A DNA stretch of 33,668 bases from an uncultured Thermomicrobiales bacterium (GTDB taxonomy: Bacteria > Chloroflexota > Chloroflexia > Thermomicrobiales > CFX8): NCBI GenBank assembly GCA_964601285.1, contig CAZRNC010000001.1, positions 1 to 33,668 on the forward strand. The letters are read 5' to 3'. Under the pieces are notes generated by a model. The model did no database searches and was not told where the DNA came from. It was given only the letters and a program-made list of their open reading frames with translations. Position 1 is the first letter of the stretch; every line of letters begins with the position of its first letter. This document shows positions 15,227 through 23,728 of this stretch, piece by piece. A program made the translations under genes and the position numbers.

Positions 15227-17002
15227 ATGTTCGATGAGCTTCACGAGATACACGAAGAACCATCGCTCCTGAAAGACCGGCAACTGTCCCGCCGGCGGAT
15301 GCTCCGGTTGATGGGGTTCACCGGAACAGCACTTGCCGCATCGGCCCTCCTGGCCGCCTGCGGCGATGACGACGTCGACTCCCCGACATCAGCACCATCG
15401 ACAGGAGCAACCGAACCAACCGCCACCACAGCGGCAGCGCCGGATGACGAAGAAGAAACCGACGAAGAGGTCGAAGAAGGTGAAGAGCCAACGGCCGACA
15501 CCGGGACTGGCGACGGCCCGAAGTATGGCGGCACTCTTCGATGGTTCCTGACGGATGATCCGCCTGACCTCGACCCACACATGCAGACAGTCAGCTCGCT
15601 ACAGTGGGTCAGTGGTTTGACCTACAACGGTCTTCTCAAATACGACGTTCGGCCTGGCAACGGTCCGGAGAGTGAGGGCGCTGCAACGCCAGTGCCGGAT
15701 CTCGCCGAGAGCTTCGAAGTTAGCGACGACGGGCTAACCTATACCTTCAACCTGCGCACCGGCGTGCTATTCCACGATGGCACACCAATGACAGCCGAAG
15801 ATGCCGCCTTCAGCCTGGACCGGATCCGTTCCGACGGTGCAGAGTTCCAGCGCTCGTATGCGTTCACCCCGGTTGATACCGTCGAAGCACCGGATGACAC
15901 GACGGTTGTCGTGACGATGTCTGAGCCATATGCCGCCTTCATCAACCAGGTTGCGACCGCCTACACCCGTGTGGCCCCCAAACATGTCATCGAAGAACTC
16001 GGCGACATGAAGCAGGTGATGATCGGGACTGGCCCGTTCAAACTGGACGCCTACGTGCGCGGGCAACACATGCATCTGGCACGGAATGACGACTACTGGG
16101 AGCCGGACATCCCATACCTTGATCGCATCGAAATGACAATCATGCCGGATAACTCCACCCAGCTCGCAGCGTTCACAGCCGAGCAGCTTGATGTCTACAA
16201 CGCACCCAACTACGCCCAGGTCGAAGCAATCATGGGAACCAATCCGGAAGTTGTGGTTGGTGAATACCGAACATTTGGCATGGCTGGACTTGGCTGCAAC
16301 ATGTCAGTGGCACCCTTCGACGACATCCGGGTGCGGCAGGCAATGTTCCTCGCAATCGACCACGATCAGGTCGTCGACATCGTCATGAACGGCCATGGCG
16401 CCAAACAACGTGCGGTGCCGGCAGCTTATGCTGGTTGGGTTGTGCCGTTCGAGGAGTTGCCGTTCGGGCAGGGCCGGGATGTTGAGCGCGCCAAAGAACT
16501 GTTGGCAGAGGCCGGATTCCCGGACGGGTTCGACGTCGCCTGCAAGACGGTCTATCGCTATACCCAGCGTGAGGCAACCGTTGTTGCCGAGCAGTTCCGC
16601 GACGTTGGCATCAATATGGAAATCATTGATGTTGAATATGGTGCCTACATCGAAGCACGCAACGCCGGCGATTTTGACCTCATTGCGTTCTCCTTGTCGC
16701 CGTTTGGTGACATTGAAGACTTCACCACCGCCCTTTACCAAACAGAATCCAGCCGCAACTACGGCGGCTGGGGCAACGCCGAACTCGACGAACTCTTTGA
16801 TCAGGGACAAAGAGAATTGGATGTTCCCAGCCGGCAGGCCATCTTTAAAGAGGCTCAGCATGTTCTTGCCGAGAATAACTGGATTGTTGATCTCCCGCGG
16901 GCAACATTCGTTGAGATGACTCAACCATGGGTCAAGGATTTCGTAACCGGCCAGAATCCACAGCGCGGGCTGGGGTTCCGCTATGTCTGGCTGGACAGAT
17001 AA
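15227..17002 (+). CDS. ABC transporter substrate-binding lipoprotein, family 5 (Opp/Dpp/Nik type), Tat signal
   Basis: SRRRMLRLMG.. twin-arginine motif, lipobox LLAAC (Cys codon 15359-15361), acidic linker, then a family-5 SBP core (PDLAESFEVSDDGLTYTFNLRTGVLFHDG). The second ATG (15227) has better spacing to aggagga than 15221. Confidence 0.9.
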   Translation: MFDELHEIHEEPSLLKDRQLSRRRMLRLMGFTGTALAASALLAACGDDDVDSPTSAPSTGATEPTATTAAAPDDEEETDEEVEEGEEPTADTGTGDGPKYGGTLRWFLTDDPPDLDPHMQTVSSLQWVSGLTYNGLLKYDVRPGNGPESEGAATPVPDLAESFEVSDDGLTYTFNLRTGVLFHDGTPMTAEDAAFSLDRIRSDGAEFQRSYAFTPVDTVEAPDDTTVVVTMSEPYAAFINQVATAYTRVAPKHVIEELGDMKQVMIGTGPFKLDAYVRGQHMHLARNDDYWEPDIPYLDRIEMTIMPDNSTQLAAFTAEQLDVYNAPNYAQVEAIMGTNPEVVVGEYRTFGMAGLGCNMSVAPFDDIRVRQAMFLAIDHDQVVDIVMNGHGAKQRAVPAAYAGWVVPFEELPFGQGRDVERAKELLAEAGFPDGFDVACKTVYRYTQREATVVAEQFRDVGINMEIIDVEYGAYIEARNAGDFDLIAFSLSPFGDIEDFTTALYQTESSRNYGGWGNAELDELFDQGQRELDVPSRQAIFKEAQHVLAENNWIVDLPRATFVEMTQPWVKDFVTGQNPQRGLGFRYVWLDR

Positions 17003-17034
17003 CACACCCCATACTCTCGGGAAGGGGAGCAATT

Positions 17035-17856
17035 ATGAGCGACAAAGGCTATGGTGAGCTGGTTCTTCTGGAGAAGAAGGAACCGGGGTACGCAATCCTC
17101 ACCTTGAACCGGCCAAACCAGCGCAACGCGATGAGCCGGGCCGCACAGGCGGAGATGACCGCCGCACTAAACGACTCACACGACTGCAAGGTATTGATCA
17201 TCACCGGCAACGGGCCGGCATTCTGTGCCGGTGTTGACCTCAAGGAGAACCGCGAAATGCGCGAACTTGGGGTTCCTGAGCGCCAGTTTGCCCACGGCAG
17301 CAACACCTGGGTGGAAACGAATGAGGTACTACGCAAGCACCCGGCCATCGGAATAGCGGCTGTCAACGGATTTGCCCTCGGTGGCGGCCTAACTCTGGCC
17401 CACAACTGTGAACTGGCGATCGCATCCGAGCAGGCACAGTTCGGAATGCCCGAGTTCGGGTTCGGCACCTTCCCGGGGTTGGCTGGGCCGGCAACAATCC
17501 GACGTATCCTGCCGAAGCACTCTGCCTATATGATCCTCACTGCCCGTCGGATCGATCCCCACACCGCCGAGCGCTGGGGTATTGTGAATTCGGTGGTACC
17601 GCACGATCAGCTGCTGCCTGAGGCAGAGGCGCTGGCAACCCATATCTGTCAGTTTGATCCAGTGTTGATCGACTTTGCCAAGAAGGCACTTCGCGACCTG
17701 GATCTCATGCCATGGGATGATGGTCTGACCTATGGTGGATACATCGGCAACCTGGTGAGACAGCAATCGACCGCCTCGGCCGAGGGTCTTGCCCGCTTTG
17801 CAGCCGGGGAGAAGAACCCCGGGCAGGGTGCTGACGCAATGGAACGCCAGTCATAG
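17035..17856 (+). CDS. Crotonase-fold (enoyl-CoA hydratase/isomerase family) protein, first catalytic Glu replaced by Thr
   Basis: 273 aa from ATG 17035. FCAGVDLKE oxyanion region. AAVNGFALGGGLTLAHNCELAIASEQAQFGMPEFGFG aligns ungapped to the classical [11 protein letters not shown]...FGQPE segment. Confidence 0.9.
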   Translation: MSDKGYGELVLLEKKEPGYAILTLNRPNQRNAMSRAAQAEMTAALNDSHDCKVLIITGNGPAFCAGVDLKENREMRELGVPERQFAHGSNTWVETNEVLRKHPAIGIAAVNGFALGGGLTLAHNCELAIASEQAQFGMPEFGFGTFPGLAGPATIRRILPKHSAYMILTARRIDPHTAERWGIVNSVVPHDQLLPEAEALATHICQFDPVLIDFAKKALRDLDLMPWDDGLTYGGYIGNLVRQQSTASAEGLARFAAGEKNPGQGADAMERQS

Positions 17857-17900
17857 TCCCGAGCGCTGCAGCTCGCAACTACCATCTCAGGAGGAAAGCG

Positions 17901-19178
17901 GTGGATCAGGCACTCAAAGGACTCCGGGTTGCGGATCTGACCATCATCACGGCGGGCGCCTGCGCCACCCAGATGCTGGCCGATCTCGGAGCTGAAATCA
18001 TCAAGATTGAATCAGGGAGCTACCCGGATCCTTTCCGGTACTGGGCTGGCATGGCAAGTACCGACGCTGATCCACCGCCCGATCCGTGGAACTTCGCGCC
18101 AACGTTCAACATGGTCAATCGCAACAAGCGTGGCGTCTGTCTTGACCTGAAACACCCGCGTGGCCGGGAAACATTCCTGGAGCTGGTGAAGGTTAGCGAC
18201 ATCGTCACCGAGAACTTCCGGCAGGGGGTGATGGATCGCCTTGGCATCGGCTATGACGTCCTTCGCGAAATCAACCCGAAGATCATCATGCTCTCCCTCG
18301 GCAGCCAGGGCTCGACCGGTCCGGAGAGCCGCTATGGCTCGTATGGTTCCACCCTGGATTCACTCTCGGGACTCATGGGGATCACCGGCTACACCGACTC
18401 GCACCCGATCTGGTCGAGCGGCGAGGTGAACTATCCGGATCAGGTCGCCTCGCTCTTTGGTGCCGGCATCCTGCTGGCCGCCATTCGTCAGCGAGACAAG
18501 ACCGGTCAGGGTGCATACATCGACCTGTCGCAGCGCGAGATGATGACCAATACCATCGGTGAATACATTCTCCAATACACCATCGAGGGCCAGATGCCGG
18601 CCCAGCAAGGTAACCGGCATCCGGCCATGGCACCGAACGATTGCTATCGGTGTGACGGTCCGAACGACTGGGTGGCGATCAGCGTGGCAAGCAACACAGA
18701 GTGGCAAGCACTCTGCGAGATCATCGGCAGGCGAGACCTGGTGACGGATGATCGCTTCAACACCGAACAGGAACGCTGGAAGAACCAGGACCTGCTGCGC
18801 CAACCAATCGAGGAATGGACAGCAACCCGGCGGAAGCATGACGCTATGTCGGCACTCCAGGCAGCCGGAGTACGGGCAGGCGCAGTACAAACCGGTGCAG
18901 AGATGCTATCCGACCCGCATCTGAACGACCGTGGCTACTACCAGACCGTAATCAACCACCGGGCAGGACCGCAAACGTTGCGGATTGCACCCTACAAACT
19001 ATCCCAAACCCCACCCCGCCTGGAATCGCCGGCTCCTATGCTTGGTCAGGATACCGAAGCAGTACTCCGCGATATCCTGGGCATGAGCGATAGTGAGATC
19101 AATGAGCTGGACACGCTTGGGGTGACTACAAATTCGGCACGATCGACACGAGCCCGTGTCAAGAGTTCGGCAAGGTAG
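17901..19178 (+). CDS. Family III (CaiB/BaiF) CoA-transferase paralog 2, catalytic Asp retained
   Basis: GTG start. LRVADLTIITAGACATQMLADLGAEIIKIE. NYPDQVASLFGAGILLAAIRQRDKTGQGAYIDLS with Asp180 (codon 18438-18440) at the canonical position. Confidence 0.9.
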   Translation: MDQALKGLRVADLTIITAGACATQMLADLGAEIIKIESGSYPDPFRYWAGMASTDADPPPDPWNFAPTFNMVNRNKRGVCLDLKHPRGRETFLELVKVSDIVTENFRQGVMDRLGIGYDVLREINPKIIMLSLGSQGSTGPESRYGSYGSTLDSLSGLMGITGYTDSHPIWSSGEVNYPDQVASLFGAGILLAAIRQRDKTGQGAYIDLSQREMMTNTIGEYILQYTIEGQMPAQQGNRHPAMAPNDCYRCDGPNDWVAISVASNTEWQALCEIIGRRDLVTDDRFNTEQERWKNQDLLRQPIEEWTATRRKHDAMSALQAAGVRAGAVQTGAEMLSDPHLNDRGYYQTVINHRAGPQTLRIAPYKLSQTPPRLESPAPMLGQDTEAVLRDILGMSDSEINELDTLGVTTNSARSTRARVKSSAR

Positions 19179-19186
19179 ACGTGTCA

Positions 19187-19777
19187 ATGCTGATTCGAGC
19201 CGATTTTCACACCCATGCCATCGGGGATGGCGCCTATGGACCTGGAACGCCCGACCTGGTCGCCGCTCATCTTGAAGCGGCCGTTGAGGCGGGGTTGAAC
19301 TGCATCGCAGTAACCGACCACGATGATCTTCGTCCGGGGCTGCTGGCCGTTGACTACGCCGCCCGCAACAATCTGCCACTGCTGGTGATAGCCGGAATGG
19401 AAATCACCACTGAACAGGGCCATCTGGTGGCCATAGGCATAGAAGCACCATTACCGTCATGGCGCGAGATGACTGAAACAGTTGATGCAATCCGGGAGCG
19501 AGGGGCCATCAGCATTTTGCCCCATCCATTCTTTCCCAAGCTTCGGGAACGTAGGGATGTCAACGCTATTGAGAGGTTCAACTCACGCTACGGCGATTTT
19601 GATATTCACGAAAATGGAGTGGCAATCATTGCAAGCAGTGATGCACACAGCCCGGCTGATATTGCCGCCAGTCCATACCAGATGCAGGTTTGCGTTGGCT
19701 CCCTGACCTGGGAGAGCGTTGCCGAAGCGATCCTGCACCAGCGCCTGGAGATCATCCAGGAGGACCGCGGCACATAG
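19187..19777 (+). CDS. PHP-domain metal-dependent phosphoesterase
   Basis: FHTHAIGDG (HxH), VTDHDD, GMEIT, GHLVAIG, LPHPF and SSDAHS metal-ligand motifs. ATG 19187, or GTG 19181 only 2 nt after the preceding stop. Confidence 0.8.
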   Translation: MLIRADFHTHAIGDGAYGPGTPDLVAAHLEAAVEAGLNCIAVTDHDDLRPGLLAVDYAARNNLPLLVIAGMEITTEQGHLVAIGIEAPLPSWREMTETVDAIRERGAISILPHPFFPKLRERRDVNAIERFNSRYGDFDIHENGVAIIASSDAHSPADIAASPYQMQVCVGSLTWESVAEAILHQRLEIIQEDRGT

Positions 19778-19802
19778 AGTACGACGGTGAGGACGATAGC
19801 CT

Positions 19803-20744
19803 ATGACCGCCTACATCCTGCGCCGATGTTCACTGATGATACCGGTGATTATTCTGGTCAGCATTATTATCTTCGTGCTACTCAGGATGATCCCCGGAGA
19901 TGCAGTCTCGCTGATGCTCGAAGAGACATCGAATCCGGCAGCTGCACAGGAATTGAGAGAACGGCTTGGGCTTGACCGGCCGATTACTGTTCAGTATTTC
20001 TACTGGATGAGAGATGCCCTCCGCGGAGACTTGGGCACATCTCTTTGGACAAACAACTCGGTCATGTCGGAAATTGCACGAGCCCTGCCAGTCACCCTGC
20101 AACTGACCATTCTCTCAATGATTATCGCAACCCTGATTGCCATTCCTGCCGGCATCTTCTCCGCAACCCGCCGCGACACACTCCCTGACTATTCGGTTCG
20201 CGTCATCAGCATTGCCGGCCTCTCGATTCCAAATTTCTGGCTCGGAACGCTGTTCGTGATGCTGCCGGCCATCTGGTTCAAGTGGTTACCACCAACTGAG
20301 TATGTTCCGATCTGGGTTGATCCCATCCAGAGTCTCAAGCAGTTCATTCTGCCGGCGCTCGCGCTTGGCTACTATCTGTCGGCAGTTACCATGCGCATGA
20401 TGCGTTCCCAGATTCTGGAAGTACTCCAGCAGGATTATGTGCGTACCGCACGTGCCAAAGGCCTGCGAGAGCGCATCGTTATCATGCGGCATACGGTACG
20501 CAATGCGCTCATTCCAGTTGTTACCGTGCTGGGTTCGCAGATGGGCGCACTGCTCGGAGGATCGGTTATCACCGAACAAATCTTCCTGCTGCCTGGCCTC
20601 GGGCGGCTCACACTCTGGGCTCTTTCGGTGCGCGACTACCCCCAGATCCAGGCAAATATTCTGATGATTGTTCTGATTACGCTCTTCCTGAATCTGCTGA
20701 TCGATATCTCATACGGGTGGCTGAATCCGCGTATTCGCTACTAG
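19803..20744 (+). CDS. ABC transporter permease (DppB/OppB-like)
   Basis: 313 aa, 6 TM pattern. N-terminal YILRRCSLMIPVIILVSIIIFVLLRMIPGD and EAA-type loop QDYVRTARAKGL. Confidence 0.9.
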   Translation: MTAYILRRCSLMIPVIILVSIIIFVLLRMIPGDAVSLMLEETSNPAAAQELRERLGLDRPITVQYFYWMRDALRGDLGTSLWTNNSVMSEIARALPVTLQLTILSMIIATLIAIPAGIFSATRRDTLPDYSVRVISIAGLSIPNFWLGTLFVMLPAIWFKWLPPTEYVPIWVDPIQSLKQFILPALALGYYLSAVTMRMMRSQILEVLQQDYVRTARAKGLRERIVIMRHTVRNALIPVVTVLGSQMGALLGGSVITEQIFLLPGLGRLTLWALSVRDYPQIQANILMIVLITLFLNLLIDISYGWLNPRIRY

Positions 20745-20759
20745 AAGGATCGAGGAAGC

Positions 20760-21668
20760 ATGAGTGACACGCCAATCTCTGCTGCCCCAAATCACTCTCT
20801 GCTTGCGGACGCTGTTCGGCCCCGGCGGAGTCGCAAGCAGAGAGCAATGTCTATCGTACGGAAGAACCCGCTTGGTGTGATCGGCGTGGTCCTGGTGGTG
20901 GTCATCTCGATGATGGCGCTGTTTGCCTCGCAGATTACCGACTATGGTCCGACCCAACTGGCCGGGGTTCCCCTGCAATCACCAAGCAGTGATCACTGGT
21001 TCGGAACCGATGACTTTGGCCGGGATATGTTCACCCGGGTTATCTATGGCGGTCGCATCTCGATCACTGTCGGGTTCCTCTCGGTTGCCATCGGCCTGAT
21101 CGTCGGCACAATCATTGGACTCGTTTCGGCTTACTTTGGGGGCTGGTTCGACCTGATCACCCAGCGCATTGTTGACGCATTGATGGCCTTTCCGACGCTG
21201 GTGCTGGCTCTCGCTATCGTTGCAGCGTTGGGGACTACTCAGCGAAACGTCATCATAGCCATAGCTATTGCCATGTTTCCGAACGTTGCCCGGGTCGCCC
21301 GAAGTGTTGTGCTGGGCATTCGCGAGGAACTCTACGTTGAATCTGCCCGGTCAATCGGCATTTCGGACATTGGCATCATGGCAAGACATATCCTGCCAAA
21401 CACGGTGCCCCCATTGATCATTGTCGCAACAGCATTCTTTGGCGGCGCAATTGTTACCGAGGCAGCCCTCTCATTTGTGGGACTTGGTACCCCGCCCCCG
21501 CAACCATCGTGGGGAAACATGATGTCTGGTCCGGCACGGACTTACATCACCGTTGCTCCCTGGATGGCGATTTTCCCCGGCGTAGCTCTCAGTTTGCTGG
21601 TCTTCGGAATTAATCTCTTTGGCGACTCTATAAGAGACATTCTGGACCCTCAACTCCGCAACCGATAG
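20760..21668 (+). CDS. ABC transporter permease (DppC/OppC-like)
   Basis: 302 aa. HWFGTDDFGRDMFTRVIYG motif and EAA loop YVESARSIGISD. Confidence 0.9.
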   Translation: MSDTPISAAPNHSLLADAVRPRRSRKQRAMSIVRKNPLGVIGVVLVVVISMMALFASQITDYGPTQLAGVPLQSPSSDHWFGTDDFGRDMFTRVIYGGRISITVGFLSVAIGLIVGTIIGLVSAYFGGWFDLITQRIVDALMAFPTLVLALAIVAALGTTQRNVIIAIAIAMFPNVARVARSVVLGIREELYVESARSIGISDIGIMARHILPNTVPPLIIVATAFFGGAIVTEAALSFVGLGTPPPQPSWGNMMSGPARTYITVAPWMAIFPGVALSLLVFGINLFGDSIRDILDPQLRNR

Positions 21669-21707
21669 GCATTTACGATAGCTGGACACCAACCGAAAGA
21701 AGCGAGA

Positions 21708-22568
21708 ATGTCCGAAAGCCCTGAAATTCTGCAGCATGCAAACGACCTCTATTCATTCCAGGTTCCAAACCTCCGTGGGCAAAGTGGTCAGGCGACTAAT
21801 GTCTATGTATTTGGACCTGAGCCAGTGACGCTGGTTGATGCGGGAAGCGACGACGAGGGAGCAACAGCAATGGCTGCGCTCAACCAACTTGGTATCTCCA
21901 ATGTATCGACAATCCTGCTAACCCACGCTCACCACGACCATGCGGGGTCTGCTGCTGCCATCCGTGCGGCAACTGGCGCACGCGTACTCATTGATGAACG
22001 CGATCTGGCTGGATCAGGCTTTGAGGTGGATGCCGACACCTATCTCCATTCTGGAGACACAGTCGATGCCGGGTCATACCAGCTAGAGGCTATCGCTACC
22101 CCAGGACACGCGCCGGGCCACCTCAGCTTTTACTCACCCGATCTGAAGGGCCTCTTCGCTGGCGACCTGATGTCCGGGTTCGGCACAGTCGCGGTCACCC
22201 ATCCTCGCGGATCAATGCGCGATTACCTTGACTCACTGCGGCGGGTTCAGGCCTTGGAGATTACAACCGTCTACCCCGGTCACGGGCCAATCATCAAAAA
22301 CGGAGCAGAACGGATCACCGAATATATCGAACACCGGGAACGAAGGGAGAACGAAATTCTGGCACTCATTCAGGAGGGAGTTGGTGACATCGAAAACCTC
22401 ACCGAACTACTCTATCCTGATGTGCTTCCCCGGTTTCGTCCACTAGCAGCCGGCACCGTGCTAGCGCATATTGTCAATTTGATGAACCGGTCGCACATTC
22501 GTGTCGCACAACCGGCAGAGCAGCTTGCCGCGTCCCGCTTTGCGGCGAATGGCTTGCATAACATCTAA
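21708..22568 (+). CDS. MBL-fold metallo-hydrolase with C-terminal winged-helix-like domain
   Basis: THAHHDHAG (HxHxDH), TPGHAPGH, FAGDL and YPGHGP metal motifs. The C-terminal ~70 aa (ERRENEILALIQEG..) resemble the beta-lactamase-associated winged helix. Confidence 0.9.
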   Translation: MSESPEILQHANDLYSFQVPNLRGQSGQATNVYVFGPEPVTLVDAGSDDEGATAMAALNQLGISNVSTILLTHAHHDHAGSAAAIRAATGARVLIDERDLAGSGFEVDADTYLHSGDTVDAGSYQLEAIATPGHAPGHLSFYSPDLKGLFAGDLMSGFGTVAVTHPRGSMRDYLDSLRRVQALEITTVYPGHGPIIKNGAERITEYIEHRERRENEILALIQEGVGDIENLTELLYPDVLPRFRPLAAGTVLAHIVNLMNRSHIRVAQPAEQLAASRFAANGLHNI

Positions 22569-22595
22569 TCTGGTCAACTATGATGGAGCATTATT

Positions 22596-23660
22596 ATGAA
22601 GATTGAAACCAATCCACGAGAAGTCGATTGGGAACAGCTCGGCCCGGCGTCGGCGTTTGCCGAACGAATAGGGTTCGACGGAATTACCCAATCCGAGGTC
22701 CACCGCGATCCATTCGTATCTCTGACTGCCATCGCCATGCATACCAACAAGGTTGAACTGACACCATCTGTTGCGATCGTCTTTCCCCGAAGTCCAATGA
22801 TCGTCGCCTATTCTTCGCGCAATATTCACGACCTCTCAAAGGGTCGTTTCACCGTTGGCCTTGGGACGCAGGTGAAAGGGCACATCCAGCGCCGCTTCAG
22901 CACTGAGTGGACGGGCAAACCAGGACCACAGATGCGCGAATACATCCTGGCATTGCACGCCATCTGGGATACGTTCGAAAAGGGCGACAAGCTCAACTTT
23001 CAGGGGGATTTTTACAACTTCAATTTGTTGACGCCAGAGTTCAATATCGGCCCAACACCTTATGGACGGGTGAAGGTCCACCTTGCAGCGGTCAACAAGT
23101 ATCTGATTCAGACGGCCGGTGAGCTTGCCGACGGACTACGCGTTCACTCGTTTGCAACTCCGGAGTATGTCCGGGATGTGATCTGGCCCAACGTCCAGAT
23201 CGGTGCAAAGAAATCCGGACGATCGCTGGAGAACTTTGAGCTGGTTGGCGCTGGCTTCATCGCAACTGGTCCTGATGAAGAAGCGCTGGTTGCAGCTCGT
23301 GAACATGTTCGCTATCGCATCGCATGGTACGCATCGACCCGTACCTACCTGCCCGTTCTCGAACACCATGGCTGGCAGGATATCAACCCCGATCTGCGCA
23401 CCCTTATCAGCGAAGAGCGATGGGATGAACTGCCCTCGCTGATCTCCGACGAGATGCTGGATACCTTCTGCACATCCGGCACCTACGATACGTTCGTCGA
23501 TGCAGCTCGCAATCGAATTGAAGGTCTAACCGATCGCATCAGCCTCCCGTTGCCTGAGGATGCCGAAGCACACGAGGAGAAGCTTCGCGACACGATTGCC
23601 CGGATCAAGGAGCTCTCTCCAGCAACAGAGTACCGCCAGTCACCCGCAACTACCGCGTAG
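22596..23660 (+). CDS. LLM-class (luciferase-like) F420/flavin-dependent oxidoreductase
   Basis: 354 aa. FAERIGFDGITQSEVHRDPF, RFTVGLGTQVKGH, typical TIM-barrel LLM layout. Confidence 0.85.
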   Translation: MKIETNPREVDWEQLGPASAFAERIGFDGITQSEVHRDPFVSLTAIAMHTNKVELTPSVAIVFPRSPMIVAYSSRNIHDLSKGRFTVGLGTQVKGHIQRRFSTEWTGKPGPQMREYILALHAIWDTFEKGDKLNFQGDFYNFNLLTPEFNIGPTPYGRVKVHLAAVNKYLIQTAGELADGLRVHSFATPEYVRDVIWPNVQIGAKKSGRSLENFELVGAGFIATGPDEEALVAAREHVRYRIAWYASTRTYLPVLEHHGWQDINPDLRTLISEERWDELPSLISDEMLDTFCTSGTYDTFVDAARNRIEGLTDRISLPLPEDAEAHEEKLRDTIARIKELSPATEYRQSPATTA

Positions 23661-23676
23661 GCGAGCGGGAACAGGC

Positions 23677-23708
23677 AAACGGGAGGGCTCTAGCCAACCC
23701 TCCCGTTT
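23677..23708. terminator. Bidirectional intrinsic-terminator-like hairpin between the convergent operons
   Basis: Perfect 11-bp stem aaacgggaggg / ccctcccgttt with a 10-nt loop. A-run on one side and T-run on the other. It sits in the 68-nt gap between stops at 23660 (+) and 23729 (-). Confidence 0.65.
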
Positions 23709-23728
23709 GATCTGGCGAACTTCGAACA

